In this document: positions 44,590 through 53,302 of the stretch, in pieces
Layout of the letters: every line of letters starts with the position of its first letter
How positions within the stretch are numbered: the stretch's first letter is position 1
From: Candidatus Falkowbacteria bacterium
Lineage (GTDB): Bacteria > Patescibacteriota > Patescibacteriia > Patescibacteriales > WJLG01
Direction: 5' to 3'
Assembly (NCBI GenBank): GCA_963747695.1
Contig: CAVVFV010000008.1
Location: 11,592-75,591 of the forward strand
DNA: 64,000 nt
The notes under the pieces: model-generated
Database searches by the model: none
What the model was told of the DNA's origin: nothing
What the model saw: only the letters and a program-made list of their open reading frames with translations
Translations under genes and position numbers: made by a program

Positions 44590-44963
44590 ACTCGCCTCCT
44601 TTTTGGCTTACAGTTTTCTTCAAAATCGATTCCATTGCTGTTGAGACAATATTTTCGCCTGCCGAATTTCCAGCGCAGAACGTATTCGGACATCGTGACT
44701 TTTTTACCGACTAATTTTTCCGGGTCGTATCCCTGGAGAGCCGACTTTTTGCAGATGAAATACTCGTCAGTTCCGATTTTGCCGGAGGATTGATCCGGCA
44801 GATCAGTCTTGACGGTAAATTCCAGCATTTTAATGGTATAAAGGCCGTAGCGCCGGGAAAATTCTTTCTGTTCGGTGAGGGTTCCGGCAATCCAGGAAAA
44901 GGGCAGAACATTGAAATAATCTCCGGGTTTCGCGATTTTTTGAAAAAGAACACCTAATCTCAT
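44574..44963 (-). CDS. Hypothetical protein (129 aa)
   Basis: Strong SD (TAGGAGG-ttatt-ATG). It overlaps the downstream gene by 16 nt. Confidence 0.65.
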   Translation of the reverse strand: MRLGVLFQKIAKPGDYFNVLPFSWIAGTLTEQKEFSRRYGLYTIKMLEFTVKTDLPDQSSGKIGTDEYFICKKSALQGYDPEKLVGKKVTMSEYVLRWKFGRRKYCLNSNGIDFEENCKPKRRRVCPAR

Positions 44964-45072
44964 AATAACCTCCTAATCGTAGGGTATGTCAAAGGAAAAA
45001 TATTTTTTTCGTATCTTGATATTCTGGCGTAAAGCTGGGCGCTTGTCAAGCATCTTGTGTCGGACGGAGATA

Positions 45073-45081
45073 TGATATAAT
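45073..45081 (+). promoter_or_regulatory. Extended -10 promoter TGATATAAT
   Basis: TGnTATAAT, 19 nt upstream of the ATG at 45101. Confidence 0.45.
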
Positions 45082-45100
45082 CTAATTAAATGGATAAAAT

Positions 45101-45367
45101 ATGTTAGCCAAACAGCAAAAAATATTAACCGAAAAGCAGGAGCTTTATTTGCGGGTCAAGGCGATCCCCGGAGCCGCGCGCACGGAAATCAAAACTGAAA
45201 TGGCCGACGGAACGATCAAGATTGCCGTCGCCGCGCCGCCGGAAAAAGGCAAGGCCAACCAGGCGCTGATTGAATTTTTAGCCGAAGAGTTCGGCGTCCC
45301 GAAGAACGCCATTAAAATAATTAGCGGCGCAGGAGTAAGATTGAAACTAATAAAAATCACCAAGTAG
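45101..45367 (+). CDS. DUF167 (YggU-like) protein
   Basis: LRVKAIPGA...IKIAVAAPPEKGKANQALIEFLAEEF... is typical of the YggU family. Confidence 0.75.
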   Translation: MLAKQQKILTEKQELYLRVKAIPGAARTEIKTEMADGTIKIAVAAPPEKGKANQALIEFLAEEFGVPKNAIKIISGAGVRLKLIKITK

Positions 45368-45370
45368 AAA

Positions 45371-45541
45371 ATAATATCCAATAAAAAATAACCAATATCA
45401 TAAAAAATAATCAATAACCAATAACCAATATTTTTAAAAAATATTATAATAATTAAATATCTAAAATCTTGGCTGGTTATTTTAATTATTAAAATATTAA
45501 ATTATTTTTTAAAATATTTGTTATTTGATATTGGATATTAA
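45371..45541. repeat. Palindromic element, CCAATAT-word family (long)
   Basis: AATAATATCCAATAAAAAATAACCAATATC... pairs with ...TTGTTATTTGATATTGGATATTAAT. Confidence 0.8.
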
Positions 45542-45547
45542 TGATTT

Positions 45548-46438
45548 ATGGATCTTTCGGTCATCATCGTTTCCTGGAATGTCAAAGAGAAACTGAATAA
45601 ATGCCTGACGCATCTTGGTTTGAGCCAGACGAATTTTTCTTTTGAAGTTATCGTCGTTGATAACGGATCGCATGACGGTTCGGCCGAGATGGTGCGGGAT
45701 GAATTCGCTCAAGTCAAATTGATCGCCAACCATGGCAATCTGGGCTTCGCGCGCGCGGTCAATCAGGCTTTCCGGGAAAGCACGGGCGATTTCATTTTTT
45801 TACTCAACCCGGATAATTTTGTTTTTCCTTTGACGCTTGATAATCTGCTGCATTGGCTCCTCGCCAATCGTAAAGCCGCGATCGCCGGCTGCCGCTTGGT
45901 CGACCGGGAGAACAAAGATCTCAAGGGTCAGGTGCGAAGATTCCCCGGGATATTCAATCAGCTGGTGGTGGTCTTGAAGTGGCCTTATCTGTTTCCTAGA
46001 ATTTTGGATCGCTATCTTTGCGTCGGATTTGATTACGACCGGCCGGCCATCGTCGACAGCGTTCGCGGCAGCGCGATGATCATCCGCCGGGCGAAACTGG
46101 AGCAGGCTTTGTCTTATGAGCGGTGGCAGCGAGGAGAAATGCTTGATGAAAGATTTTTTGTTTGGTTTGAAGATGTCGATCTTTGCCGCACTTTCAAAGC
46201 GGCGGAGCTGGAAGTATGGTATACGCCGGCCGCCCGCTGTTTCGACCTGGTTGGGCAAAGCTTCTCGCAAATTCCCCGCCTCACGGCGCAAAAATATTTC
46301 CGCGATTCAATGTTGAAATATTTCAAGAAATGGAAACCCGCCTGGCAATATTGGATTTTGTGGCTGGTCTGGCCGGCGGGGATTACTTTGACGTTTATTT
46401 TCACGGCGCTAGGTTTTGAGAAGAAAGACAATAGCTGA
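45548..46438 (+). CDS. Glycosyltransferase family 2
   Basis: SVIIVSWN, VVDNGSHDGS, NLGFARA and FEDVDLC motifs. Confidence 0.8.
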   Translation: MDLSVIIVSWNVKEKLNKCLTHLGLSQTNFSFEVIVVDNGSHDGSAEMVRDEFAQVKLIANHGNLGFARAVNQAFRESTGDFIFLLNPDNFVFPLTLDNLLHWLLANRKAAIAGCRLVDRENKDLKGQVRRFPGIFNQLVVVLKWPYLFPRILDRYLCVGFDYDRPAIVDSVRGSAMIIRRAKLEQALSYERWQRGEMLDERFFVWFEDVDLCRTFKAAELEVWYTPAARCFDLVGQSFSQIPRLTAQKYFRDSMLKYFKKWKPAWQYWILWLVWPAGITLTFIFTALGFEKKDNS

Positions 46439-46443
46439 TTTTT

Positions 46444-46541
46444 AATATTAAATATCAAATAATTAATATCCAAAAAATAATATAATATTTTAATATTAAA
46501 ATATTTTTTTGAATATTGGATATTTGATATTGGATATTTTT
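46444..46541. repeat. Palindromic element, CCAATAT-word family
   Basis: AATATTAAATATCAAATAATTAATATCC... pairs with ...GAATATTGGATATTTGATATTGGATATTTT. Confidence 0.8.
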
Positions 46542-46552
46542 AAATTAATTAA

Positions 46553-47617
46553 ATGTCCAAAAAGGTCGGAATTATTTTAGTAAATTATAAAGATTACGCG
46601 CAGCGTTTCCTCGCCGATTGCCGCGATTCTTTGCGCGCGCAAAATTATTCGCGAGAAGAGTTTACGGTTTATCTCGTCGATAATGCTTCGAGCGATGAAT
46701 CGGAAAAATATCTCAAAGAAAATTATCCGGAAGCGACAATCGTTTCCCGGCCAGATGGGAATTATTCCGCGGCCAATAATGCCGGCATAAAGGCGGCAAC
46801 GTCCGACGGCGCGGAAGTTTTCGTCATTGCCAATATGGATATGGCCTTTGAAAAAAATTGGCTGACTGAGCTGATCAACGCGCTAGAGAGTGATGATAAA
46901 ATCGGCATCGCTCAGTCGAAAATTTTGCTTTACTCTCAAGGCAACGAAACTAAAAAAATAAATACTCTCGGCAATGCGATTAATTTTTTAGGTTTTGGTT
47001 TTACCACCGGCTACCAAGAAGCTGATCGGGAAATCGTCGGCCTGCCAGAGATCAGAGGCTATGCTTCGGGCAGCTCGTTCGCTGTCAAAAAAGCAGTATT
47101 GGACAAGATCGGCGGCTACAACGAAGAGTATTATATGTATCATGATGATCTGGAAATGGGCTGGAAAGCCAAGCTGGCGGGATATAAAATAGTCTTAGCT
47201 CCGAAATCCGTCTGTTATCACAAATATGAATTTTCCCGCAGCATCAAGATGGTTTATTATATGGAGCGCAACCGCCTGATCACCATTTTTTCTTTCTATG
47301 AATTGACTTCAATACTCGCGATACTTCCCGCCTTGATTATTATGGAATTGGGCCAATTGTTTTTTGCTTTAATCAAAGGCTGGTTGCCGGAAAAATTGCG
47401 GGCCGACGAATATTTTTTGCACGCCGAAAATTGGGACAAAATTATGGCCGCAAGAAAGCAGGTTAAGAATTTCCGCGCCAAAAAAGATCGCGAGATCGTC
47501 GATGATTTTTCCGGAGAAATCTTGTTCCAGGAAATCGACAACCCAATTCTTAAATATCTTGCCAACCCTTTCTTCAAGTGGTATTGGAATTTGGCCAAGA
47601 GAGCGATTAAGGGATAA
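46553..47617 (+). CDS. Glycosyltransferase family 2
   Basis: GIILVNY, LVDNASSD, NNAG and HDDLEMG motifs. Confidence 0.8.
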   Translation: MSKKVGIILVNYKDYAQRFLADCRDSLRAQNYSREEFTVYLVDNASSDESEKYLKENYPEATIVSRPDGNYSAANNAGIKAATSDGAEVFVIANMDMAFEKNWLTELINALESDDKIGIAQSKILLYSQGNETKKINTLGNAINFLGFGFTTGYQEADREIVGLPEIRGYASGSSFAVKKAVLDKIGGYNEEYYMYHDDLEMGWKAKLAGYKIVLAPKSVCYHKYEFSRSIKMVYYMERNRLITIFSFYELTSILAILPALIIMELGQLFFALIKGWLPEKLRADEYFLHAENWDKIMAARKQVKNFRAKKDREIVDDFSGEILFQEIDNPILKYLANPFFKWYWNLAKRAIKG

Positions 47618-47674
47618 CAAATATATTTCTAAGATTCTTTGAGCGCGAGTTCTTGGAATTCAGGATTTTTTTAT

Positions 47675-47846
47675 TTTTGTCATCCTGAGCGCCGCGCGAA
47701 GGATATATTTTGCAGGCCGCGGATTTATTTCGATCATTATTTTTAACGCCGGATAAATAAAATTTTTGATAATCAGTAAAAAAGTTTCTGGGTTAATATA
47801 TCCTTCGTCGTTCGCCGAGGCGGCTCCCTCCTATGGATGACAAAAA
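47675..47846. repeat. Long-range inverted repeat (GTCATCC...GGATGAC type) enclosing about 85 nt with no ORF
   Basis: TTTTTGTCATCC pairs with GGATGACAAAAA, and CGAAGGATATATT pairs with AATATATCCTTCG. The right arm carries a CGCCGAGGCGGC mini-hairpin. Confidence 0.7.
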
Positions 47847-47891
47847 AGGTTTGACTAAAATAAACCCAGGAAGTATGCTTGAAACATCATT

Positions 47892-47984
47892 ATTAATATC
47901 CAATATCAAATAACCAATAATTTAAAAAATAATAAAATATTTAAATATTGAATTATTTTTTTGATATTGGTTATTGGATATTCA
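47892..47984. repeat. Palindromic element, CCAATAT-word family
   Basis: ATTAATATCCAATATCAAATAACCAATAAT... pairs with ...TTGATATTGGTTATTGGATATTCAG. Confidence 0.8.
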
Positions 47985-47990
47985 GATAAC

Positions 47991-48770
47991 ATGGACGTCT
48001 CCGTCATCATCGTCAATTATCAAAGCCAGGATAAAGTCCTAAAATGCCTCGACGCTCTGTTGGACGCGGATTGGGGAGATTTGCAGTACGAAATAATCGT
48101 CGTCGATAATAATTCCGGCGATGACCTGACGCGTGTTAAGGAGATTTTTCCGGAAGTGAAAATCATCCAGAGCGAGAAAAATCTGGGCATGGGCGGCGGC
48201 AACAATCTGGGCGCCAAGAATTCCACGGGAAAATATATTTTGATTTTAAATCCTGATACCGCGGTTAAAGCTGATGCGATCCTTAAGCTTTATCAACACT
48301 TGCGGGAAAATCAAACGGCCGGAATCGTCGGGCCGAAACTTTTAAATCCGGACGGCAGCTTGCAATATTCCTGTCTGCGCTTTCCGAAAATCTATACGCC
48401 GATTTTGCGCCGGACATTTTTCGGCGAATTGGCGCCGCAACACCTGAATGATTTTTTAATGAAAGATTTTGATCACTCGGCGATCAAGAGCGTCGACTGG
48501 CTGATGGGTTCCTGCTTCCTGATCCGCCGCGAAATCATGGAAAAAGACGGCCATATTTTCGATGAGAAATATTTTATGTATTTTGAGGATACCGATCTTT
48601 GTCGGCGGATGAAGGAAAAACATAATTATGAAGTTGTTTATCATCCGGAAGCGGTCGTAATTCATGATCATGCTCGGGCGAGTGCGGATCAGCCCTGGTT
48701 TGTCGCGCCGTTCGTCGATCCGCTCGCGAGAGAACATATCAAATCATGGCTGAGATATTTCATCGGTTAA
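47991..48770 (+). CDS. Glycosyltransferase family 2
   Basis: I prefer the ATG at 47991 (MDVSVIIVNY) because the track's TTG lies inside the repeat. Motifs are VVDNNSGD, NLGMGGG and FEDTDLC. Confidence 0.8.
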   Translation: MDVSVIIVNYQSQDKVLKCLDALLDADWGDLQYEIIVVDNNSGDDLTRVKEIFPEVKIIQSEKNLGMGGGNNLGAKNSTGKYILILNPDTAVKADAILKLYQHLRENQTAGIVGPKLLNPDGSLQYSCLRFPKIYTPILRRTFFGELAPQHLNDFLMKDFDHSAIKSVDWLMGSCFLIRREIMEKDGHIFDEKYFMYFEDTDLCRRMKEKHNYEVVYHPEAVVIHDHARASADQPWFVAPFVDPLAREHIKSWLRYFIG

Positions 48771-48798
48771 ATTATTCAAAGATAAAAGGCGTGCGTAT

Positions 48799-48931
48799 AT
48801 CATACGAATACTACGAATAACCCACCCCGCCACCGCGGCGGTGGCACCCCTCCCAAGAGGGGAATCGCGAATACCGCAAACTCCGCGAACCAAATTAAAA
48901 TTTGTTAAATTATTCGTTGTATTCGCATCAT
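48799..48931. repeat. Rearranged CGAATAC-family element with a GC twin-hairpin core
   Basis: ATCATACGAATACTACGAATAA, then the core at 48829-48862 (GCCACCG-CGG-CGGTGGC plus CCCCTC-CCAA-GAGGGG), then ...GTTGTATTCGCATCAT. Confidence 0.8.
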
Positions 48932-48939
48932 GTAATTTT

Positions 48940-49818
48940 ATGCAAAAAATCACCAAAGCTATTCTGCCGATCGCCGGCGCCGGGACGCGTTTCTTGCCGG
49001 CTACCAAAGCCCAGCCCAAGGAAATGCTGCCGGTGGTCGATAAGCCCGCCGTGCAATACTTGGTGGAAGACGCGGCTAAAGCCGGGATCAAAGAAATAAT
49101 TTTCGTCACCGGCCGCGGTAAACGGGCGATCGAGGATCATTTTGATTATTCGTTCGAATTGGAACAGCTGCTGTTGAAAAAAAATAAACCGGAACTTTTG
49201 GAAAAAGTCCGGCAGATGGAAAACCTGGCCAAATTCTCTTATGTCCGCCAACCGATGCCGTTAGGCGATGGCCACGCCATTTCCTGCGCCGCTCATCTCT
49301 TAGGTAATGAGGCGGCGGTGGTAATGTTCGGCGATACGCTTTATGATTCTCTCGTGCCGGTCAGCCGGCAGGTGATGGATGTTTACGAAAAGTACGGCGT
49401 TCCCGTAGTTGGTTTGGCCGAAGTGGCGCCGGAAGAATTCAATAAATTCGGCATGTACGGCGGGCAAGACTTGGGCGACGGAGTGATCAAGATTGAAAAA
49501 GTGATTGAAAAACCGGCTCGGCCGGCGGATTCGCCTTCAAATTTGGCGGCGCCGGGAGTTTACGTCATCACGCCGGACATTATGAAAATTTTGCAGGAAA
49601 TGAAGACGGGTAAAAGCGGGGAAATCAGATTGTTAGACGCGTTCGAAATAATGCTGGAAAGAAAGATGCCGATCTATGGAAAAAAGCTGGAGGGTGAATG
49701 GCTGGACACGGGGAATAAGTTCAATTTTTTGAAAGCTTCGATAAAGTTCGGTCTGAAGGACGGGGAGATCAAGGGGCAGTTAAAAAAATTCCTCAAAGAT
49801 CTTGCTGATACTTTATAA
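48940..49818 (+). CDS. galU: UTP--glucose-1-phosphate uridylyltransferase
   Basis: I prefer the ATG at 48940. The motif is AILPIAGAGTRFLPATKAQPKEMLPVVDKP. Confidence 0.9.
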   Translation: MQKITKAILPIAGAGTRFLPATKAQPKEMLPVVDKPAVQYLVEDAAKAGIKEIIFVTGRGKRAIEDHFDYSFELEQLLLKKNKPELLEKVRQMENLAKFSYVRQPMPLGDGHAISCAAHLLGNEAAVVMFGDTLYDSLVPVSRQVMDVYEKYGVPVVGLAEVAPEEFNKFGMYGGQDLGDGVIKIEKVIEKPARPADSPSNLAAPGVYVITPDIMKILQEMKTGKSGEIRLLDAFEIMLERKMPIYGKKLEGEWLDTGNKFNFLKASIKFGLKDGEIKGQLKKFLKDLADTL

Positions 49819-49834
49819 AATTTTCTTTTAAAAA

Positions 49835-49888
49835 AACCGCCCCGCACCATCTTTTGAAAAATTCAAAAGATGGTGCGGGGCGGTTTTA
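49835..49888. terminator. Bidirectional terminator with a 24-bp perfect stem
   Basis: AACCGCCCCGCACCATCTTTTGAA-AAAT-TTCAAAAGATGGTGCGGGGCGGTT is flanked by A and T runs between convergent genes. Confidence 0.8.
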
Positions 49889-49894
49889 ATTTAT

Positions 49895-51268
49895 CTATTG
49901 GATATTCAAGCGATACAGCCCTTCGTCATTGCCATTCTTGGCCGTGAAATAAAGATTCTTTTCCGCGTCATCGAAGACCGGCGAGGTGATCGAATCAAAG
50001 GAGGCCAGTTCCGTCACTTGGATCTCGTCGGTGCTGGTCCAGGTGATGACGTTGATATTTTTTTCCGTAGTGTAAAGGATATAATTGGCCGCTTTGGTTT
50101 TGATGATGCTGGTGATCGGCTGCGACCAGCGGGTGATCAGTTTATTCTCGTTTTTGTCCAGGTCAAGCACCCAGATTTCGTAATCATTGGCCCAGACCAG
50201 CTCATTGTCGTTGATCCATTCGGTTTTTTTGACCGAATCGATGGTCTCGACGATGGGGGAAGCGGCCGAAACATTCGGATCAATCAGGTAAAGAGTTTGG
50301 TATTTTTGATCATAAAGATTGATCAATTTGGCGGTCGGGTTGATGAGCTGGTAGCCGGAAGAAGCGGGCAGATCGATTACCTTCAGCTCTTTTTTATCAT
50401 TGAGAGAATAGAATTTCAGCTGGGCGTTGATCCCATTCTGCACCACGTAGTATAAATTTTTATTTTTTAATTCATAATCCAGGACATTGTTTTCTTTGAT
50501 GATCGTCTGATTTGATTGGTCGGTCAGATCGAAAATATTGATCGAATTTTTGTATTGATAATAGATTTTATCCATTTCATCGTTCCACTTCAGATTGGTG
50601 ATGGTCGAGCCGACGATTTTATCCAGTTGCAGGTTTTTGTCCGGATTTTTCAGATTGAGCAAGGTTTTTTCCACGGCTAGGCGATTGCTGTCGGTCGACC
50701 AAGATGCGGCGGTTGAAGTCGGTAAACTGGCATTCGAAATCTTATCCAGAGCCTGCGATTTCAAGTCAAACAGCAGTCCGCTGGAAGGCAAGAAGATCTT
50801 TTTATTATTCGGGGCGAGAAAAATTTGCTGGCTCTTCAGTTTGGCTAAAAGCTGCGGCGCGGTATTCTTGAACAGATTGATATCGAGGACGTGCGTGATC
50901 TTGCCGGGGAAGATTTCGATCCGGCGCTGCCAGGGCCAATAGCCGGGCAGTTCGACCCGCAGGTCATAAGAGCCGGGCAGTAAATCTTTGATCCGGGCCG
51001 GAGTTTTAATGGCGTTTTCCGGAGCGGGGATGATCTGCTTCAGGAAAAGATTGGAAAAATGTTCGGCCGGCTGATTATTCAGGAAAACTTCGGCGCCGCT
51101 CGGAGCCGAGTAGATTATGGTCATACCGGTCTTCTGCACGCCTAAAGGCGTGAGCAGATGCCGCCAATCGATCTCATAGCCGGAAGCATAAAGAATGATC
51201 ATCGGCGTGATGATCAAAAAGAGGAAACAGAAAGAATAAAAGATTATTCGGCGTAAAGTCAGGGTCAT
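49895..51268 (-). CDS. Membrane-anchored PEGA-domain protein with a beta-propeller-like C-terminal region
   Basis: N-terminal TM helix. GAEVFLNNQP...PGSYDLRVELPGYWPW is PEGA-like. Confidence 0.6.
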   Translation of the reverse strand: MTLTLRRIIFYSFCFLFLIITPMIILYASGYEIDWRHLLTPLGVQKTGMTIIYSAPSGAEVFLNNQPAEHFSNLFLKQIIPAPENAIKTPARIKDLLPGSYDLRVELPGYWPWQRRIEIFPGKITHVLDINLFKNTAPQLLAKLKSQQIFLAPNNKKIFLPSSGLLFDLKSQALDKISNASLPTSTAASWSTDSNRLAVEKTLLNLKNPDKNLQLDKIVGSTITNLKWNDEMDKIYYQYKNSINIFDLTDQSNQTIIKENNVLDYELKNKNLYYVVQNGINAQLKFYSLNDKKELKVIDLPASSGYQLINPTAKLINLYDQKYQTLYLIDPNVSAASPIVETIDSVKKTEWINDNELVWANDYEIWVLDLDKNENKLITRWSQPITSIIKTKAANYILYTTEKNINVITWTSTDEIQVTELASFDSITSPVFDDAEKNLYFTAKNGNDEGLYRLNIQ

Positions 51269-51304
51269 AGGCGCATAAATTTTATATTCGAACCGAGCGG
51301 GGGT

Positions 51305-52576
51305 TCAGCTGATTTTTTTAATATCCGCGCCCAACGTATTTAATCGCTCGGCGATATTTTCGTAGCCGCGTTCAATTTGATAGATGTTATCGATTTCGGT
51401 GCGGCCGTCGGCGACCAGAGCCGCGACGATCAGGGCGATGCCGGCGCGCAAATCCGAACTGGTAAGTTGATGGCCGTAAAGTCTGGTCGGGCCGTTGACC
51501 ACGATGCGATGCGGATCGCACATAATGATGTCGGCGCCCATCTGGGAAAGCAGGTCGGCGTAGAGCAGCCGGCGGTCAAAAATAGTTTCATGGATCAAAG
51601 ACGAGCCCTCGGCTTGAGTCATTAAGACGGCGTAAGGCTGCTGCAGATCGGTGGGGAATCCCGGATATTCATGGGTTTTGATGCCGTAGGATTTGATTTT
51701 TTTGGCCGGCTTGATCTTTAACCAGTCGGCGCCTTCTTCAAAAGGAATGCCCAGCCGATTTTTGAAAATTTCCAAAAGGACCCGGATATGTTCGGGTACG
51801 CATTTTTTGATCAGCAATTCCGAATGAGTGGCCGCCGCCATGATGGCGAATGAGCCGGTTTCCAGCCGATCGGGCATCACGGCAAAATTTCCGGCCGAAA
51901 TTTTGGCCACGCCCTCGATTACGACGGTCGGGGTGCCGGCGCCCGAAATTTTCGCGCCTTGCGAGTTGAGATAATCAGCCAGCGCTTTAATTTCCGGCTC
52001 CATCGCGCAGTTTTTTAAAATCGTTTGGCCGCGCGCCAAAGTCGCGGCCATAATCATCGCTTCGGTGGCCGTGACGGCAATCAATTTATAAAAAAAGAAT
52101 TCGCCGCCCTTCAATCCGCCCTTGGCTTTGAGATGATAGTGACCGTCTTTGACGTCCACCTCCGCGCCCAGCGCGGCGAACCCGTCCAAGAAAACATCAA
52201 TATCCCGTTTGCCGGCGCCGATGATGCAGCCGCCCGGATGGGGGAATTTCGCTTCGCCGAAGCGCGCCAAAAGCGGCGCGACGAACATTATCGAAGCGCG
52301 AAATTTATTGGCAATTTTGGGATTCAATTCGGTTTTATTGACGGTCGATGGATCGATGATCACTGTCCCTTTCACCGGGTAGTCGATCTGGGCGCCCAGA
52401 TCTTCCAATAAAGCAAGCGATTGTTTGACGTCCTCGATCTCGGGGAGATTAGTGATGGTAATTTTTTCAGTCGACAAAATCGCGGCGGGGATGATCTTCA
52501 GCGCCGCGTTCTTGGCTCCTTTAACTTCGATTTCGCCTTTTAATTTCGCCGGACCGTTAATGATGAATTTAGACAT
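51305..52576 (-). CDS. murA: UDP-N-acetylglucosamine 1-carboxyvinyltransferase
   Basis: KGAKNAALKI and HPGGCIIGAGKRDID (active-site Cys). Confidence 0.92.
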   Translation of the reverse strand: MSKFIINGPAKLKGEIEVKGAKNAALKIIPAAILSTEKITITNLPEIEDVKQSLALLEDLGAQIDYPVKGTVIIDPSTVNKTELNPKIANKFRASIMFVAPLLARFGEAKFPHPGGCIIGAGKRDIDVFLDGFAALGAEVDVKDGHYHLKAKGGLKGGEFFFYKLIAVTATEAMIMAATLARGQTILKNCAMEPEIKALADYLNSQGAKISGAGTPTVVIEGVAKISAGNFAVMPDRLETGSFAIMAAATHSELLIKKCVPEHIRVLLEIFKNRLGIPFEEGADWLKIKPAKKIKSYGIKTHEYPGFPTDLQQPYAVLMTQAEGSSLIHETIFDRRLLYADLLSQMGADIIMCDPHRIVVNGPTRLYGHQLTSSDLRAGIALIVAALVADGRTEIDNIYQIERGYENIAERLNTLGADIKKIS

Positions 52577-52584
52577 AAAGAATA

Positions 52585-52689
52585 TAATGCTAATTTTCGA
52601 ATGATGCGAATCTGCGAATATTCGTAAAATTGCATTACTATTTATAAGTTACAATTCGTAAATTCGCATCATTCGCGAAATTAGCATTA
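52585..52689. repeat. Palindromic element, TAATGCTAATTTT...GATGCGAAT subtype
   Basis: TAATGCTAATTTTCGAATGATGCGAAT pairs with ATTCGCATCATTCGCGAAATTAGCATTA. The arms match those at 11805-11876. Confidence 0.85.
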
Positions 52690-52876
52690 GAATTATATTA
52701 TAGCATAGCCTAAGCAAGGCATTATTTCAACTTCGATATGTTTACAGTCAGTTTTGCTTATAGTGTCAAGATTGCTTTTTATTTTGCTAAGTGGTAGGCT
52801 AAAAACAGCTAAGCTAATAATAGCTATACTTTATCGAAGGGGTTATCAATCTATTGATAAAAACTTCACTAAATCT

Positions 52877-53044
52877 ATGGAATGGTTAAAGAAACTTTTC
52901 GGAGGAAAAAAACAGGACATGCCGAAAGAGGCGCCGATGAACGCGCCGAAAGCTCCCGAGATGCCGATGGGCGGAATGCCGGAGAACAAGCCGATGAACA
53001 ATGCAGGAATGGCCGATCAGCCGGGTAGCGAAGACATGAAATAA
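52877..53044 (+). CDS. Small Met/Pro-rich hypothetical protein (55 aa)
   Basis: ATG at 52877 (MEWLKKLFGG...), followed by a terminator. It is low-complexity, so the call is uncertain. Confidence 0.35.
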   Translation: MEWLKKLFGGKKQDMPKEAPMNAPKAPEMPMGGMPENKPMNNAGMADQPGSEDMK

Positions 53045-53057
53045 AATACGGTTTAAA

Positions 53058-53098
53058 AATAATCAGCTTAATCAAAAAAGAGCTGGTTATTTTTTTTG
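53058..53098 (+). terminator. Rho-independent terminator
   Basis: ATAATCAGCT...AGCTGGTTAT stem followed by T8. Confidence 0.65.
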
Positions 53099-53132
53099 GA
53101 AACAGCGTTTCGGAACTAACCAACTTGAGTGT

Positions 53133-53280
53133 ATAATGCGAATACAACGAATTGTACGCGAATACTACGAACCCGCTAACCGAATAACACACCCCGTCCG
53201 CGAGGCGCGGCCACCCCTCTCGAGAGGGGAATTAAAAATGGTTCGCGGTATTCGCGCATAATTCGTAGTATTCGCATCAT
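53133..53280. repeat. Nested palindromic element: CGAATAC arms plus a GC twin-hairpin core
   Basis: It is collinear with 36531-36678. The core at 53196-53229 is GTCCGCG-AGG-CGCGGCC plus CCCCTCTCGAGAGGGG. Confidence 0.85.
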
Positions 53281-53284
53281 ATTA

Positions 53285-53295
53285 TGTGCTATAAT
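53285..53295 (+). promoter_or_regulatory. Extended -10 promoter TGTGCTATAAT, probable leaderless tatD transcript
   Basis: The -10 box ends 7 nt before the tatD ATG at 53303. Confidence 0.5.
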
Positions 53296-53302
53296 AAAAT
53301 GC

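Noticed and set aside
45371-47984. CRISPR array suggested by the many short repeated words (CCAATAT, AATTTTTA, CGAATAC).
   Set aside because: There is no constant-length direct repeat alternating with unique spacers. The repeats are organised as inverted arms around gene junctions, and no cas genes are present.
51275-51304. tRNA-like T-arm word GGTTCGAAT on the minus strand in the murA-PEGA spacer.
   Set aside because: The spacer is only 36 nt. No acceptor or anticodon stems can be drawn.
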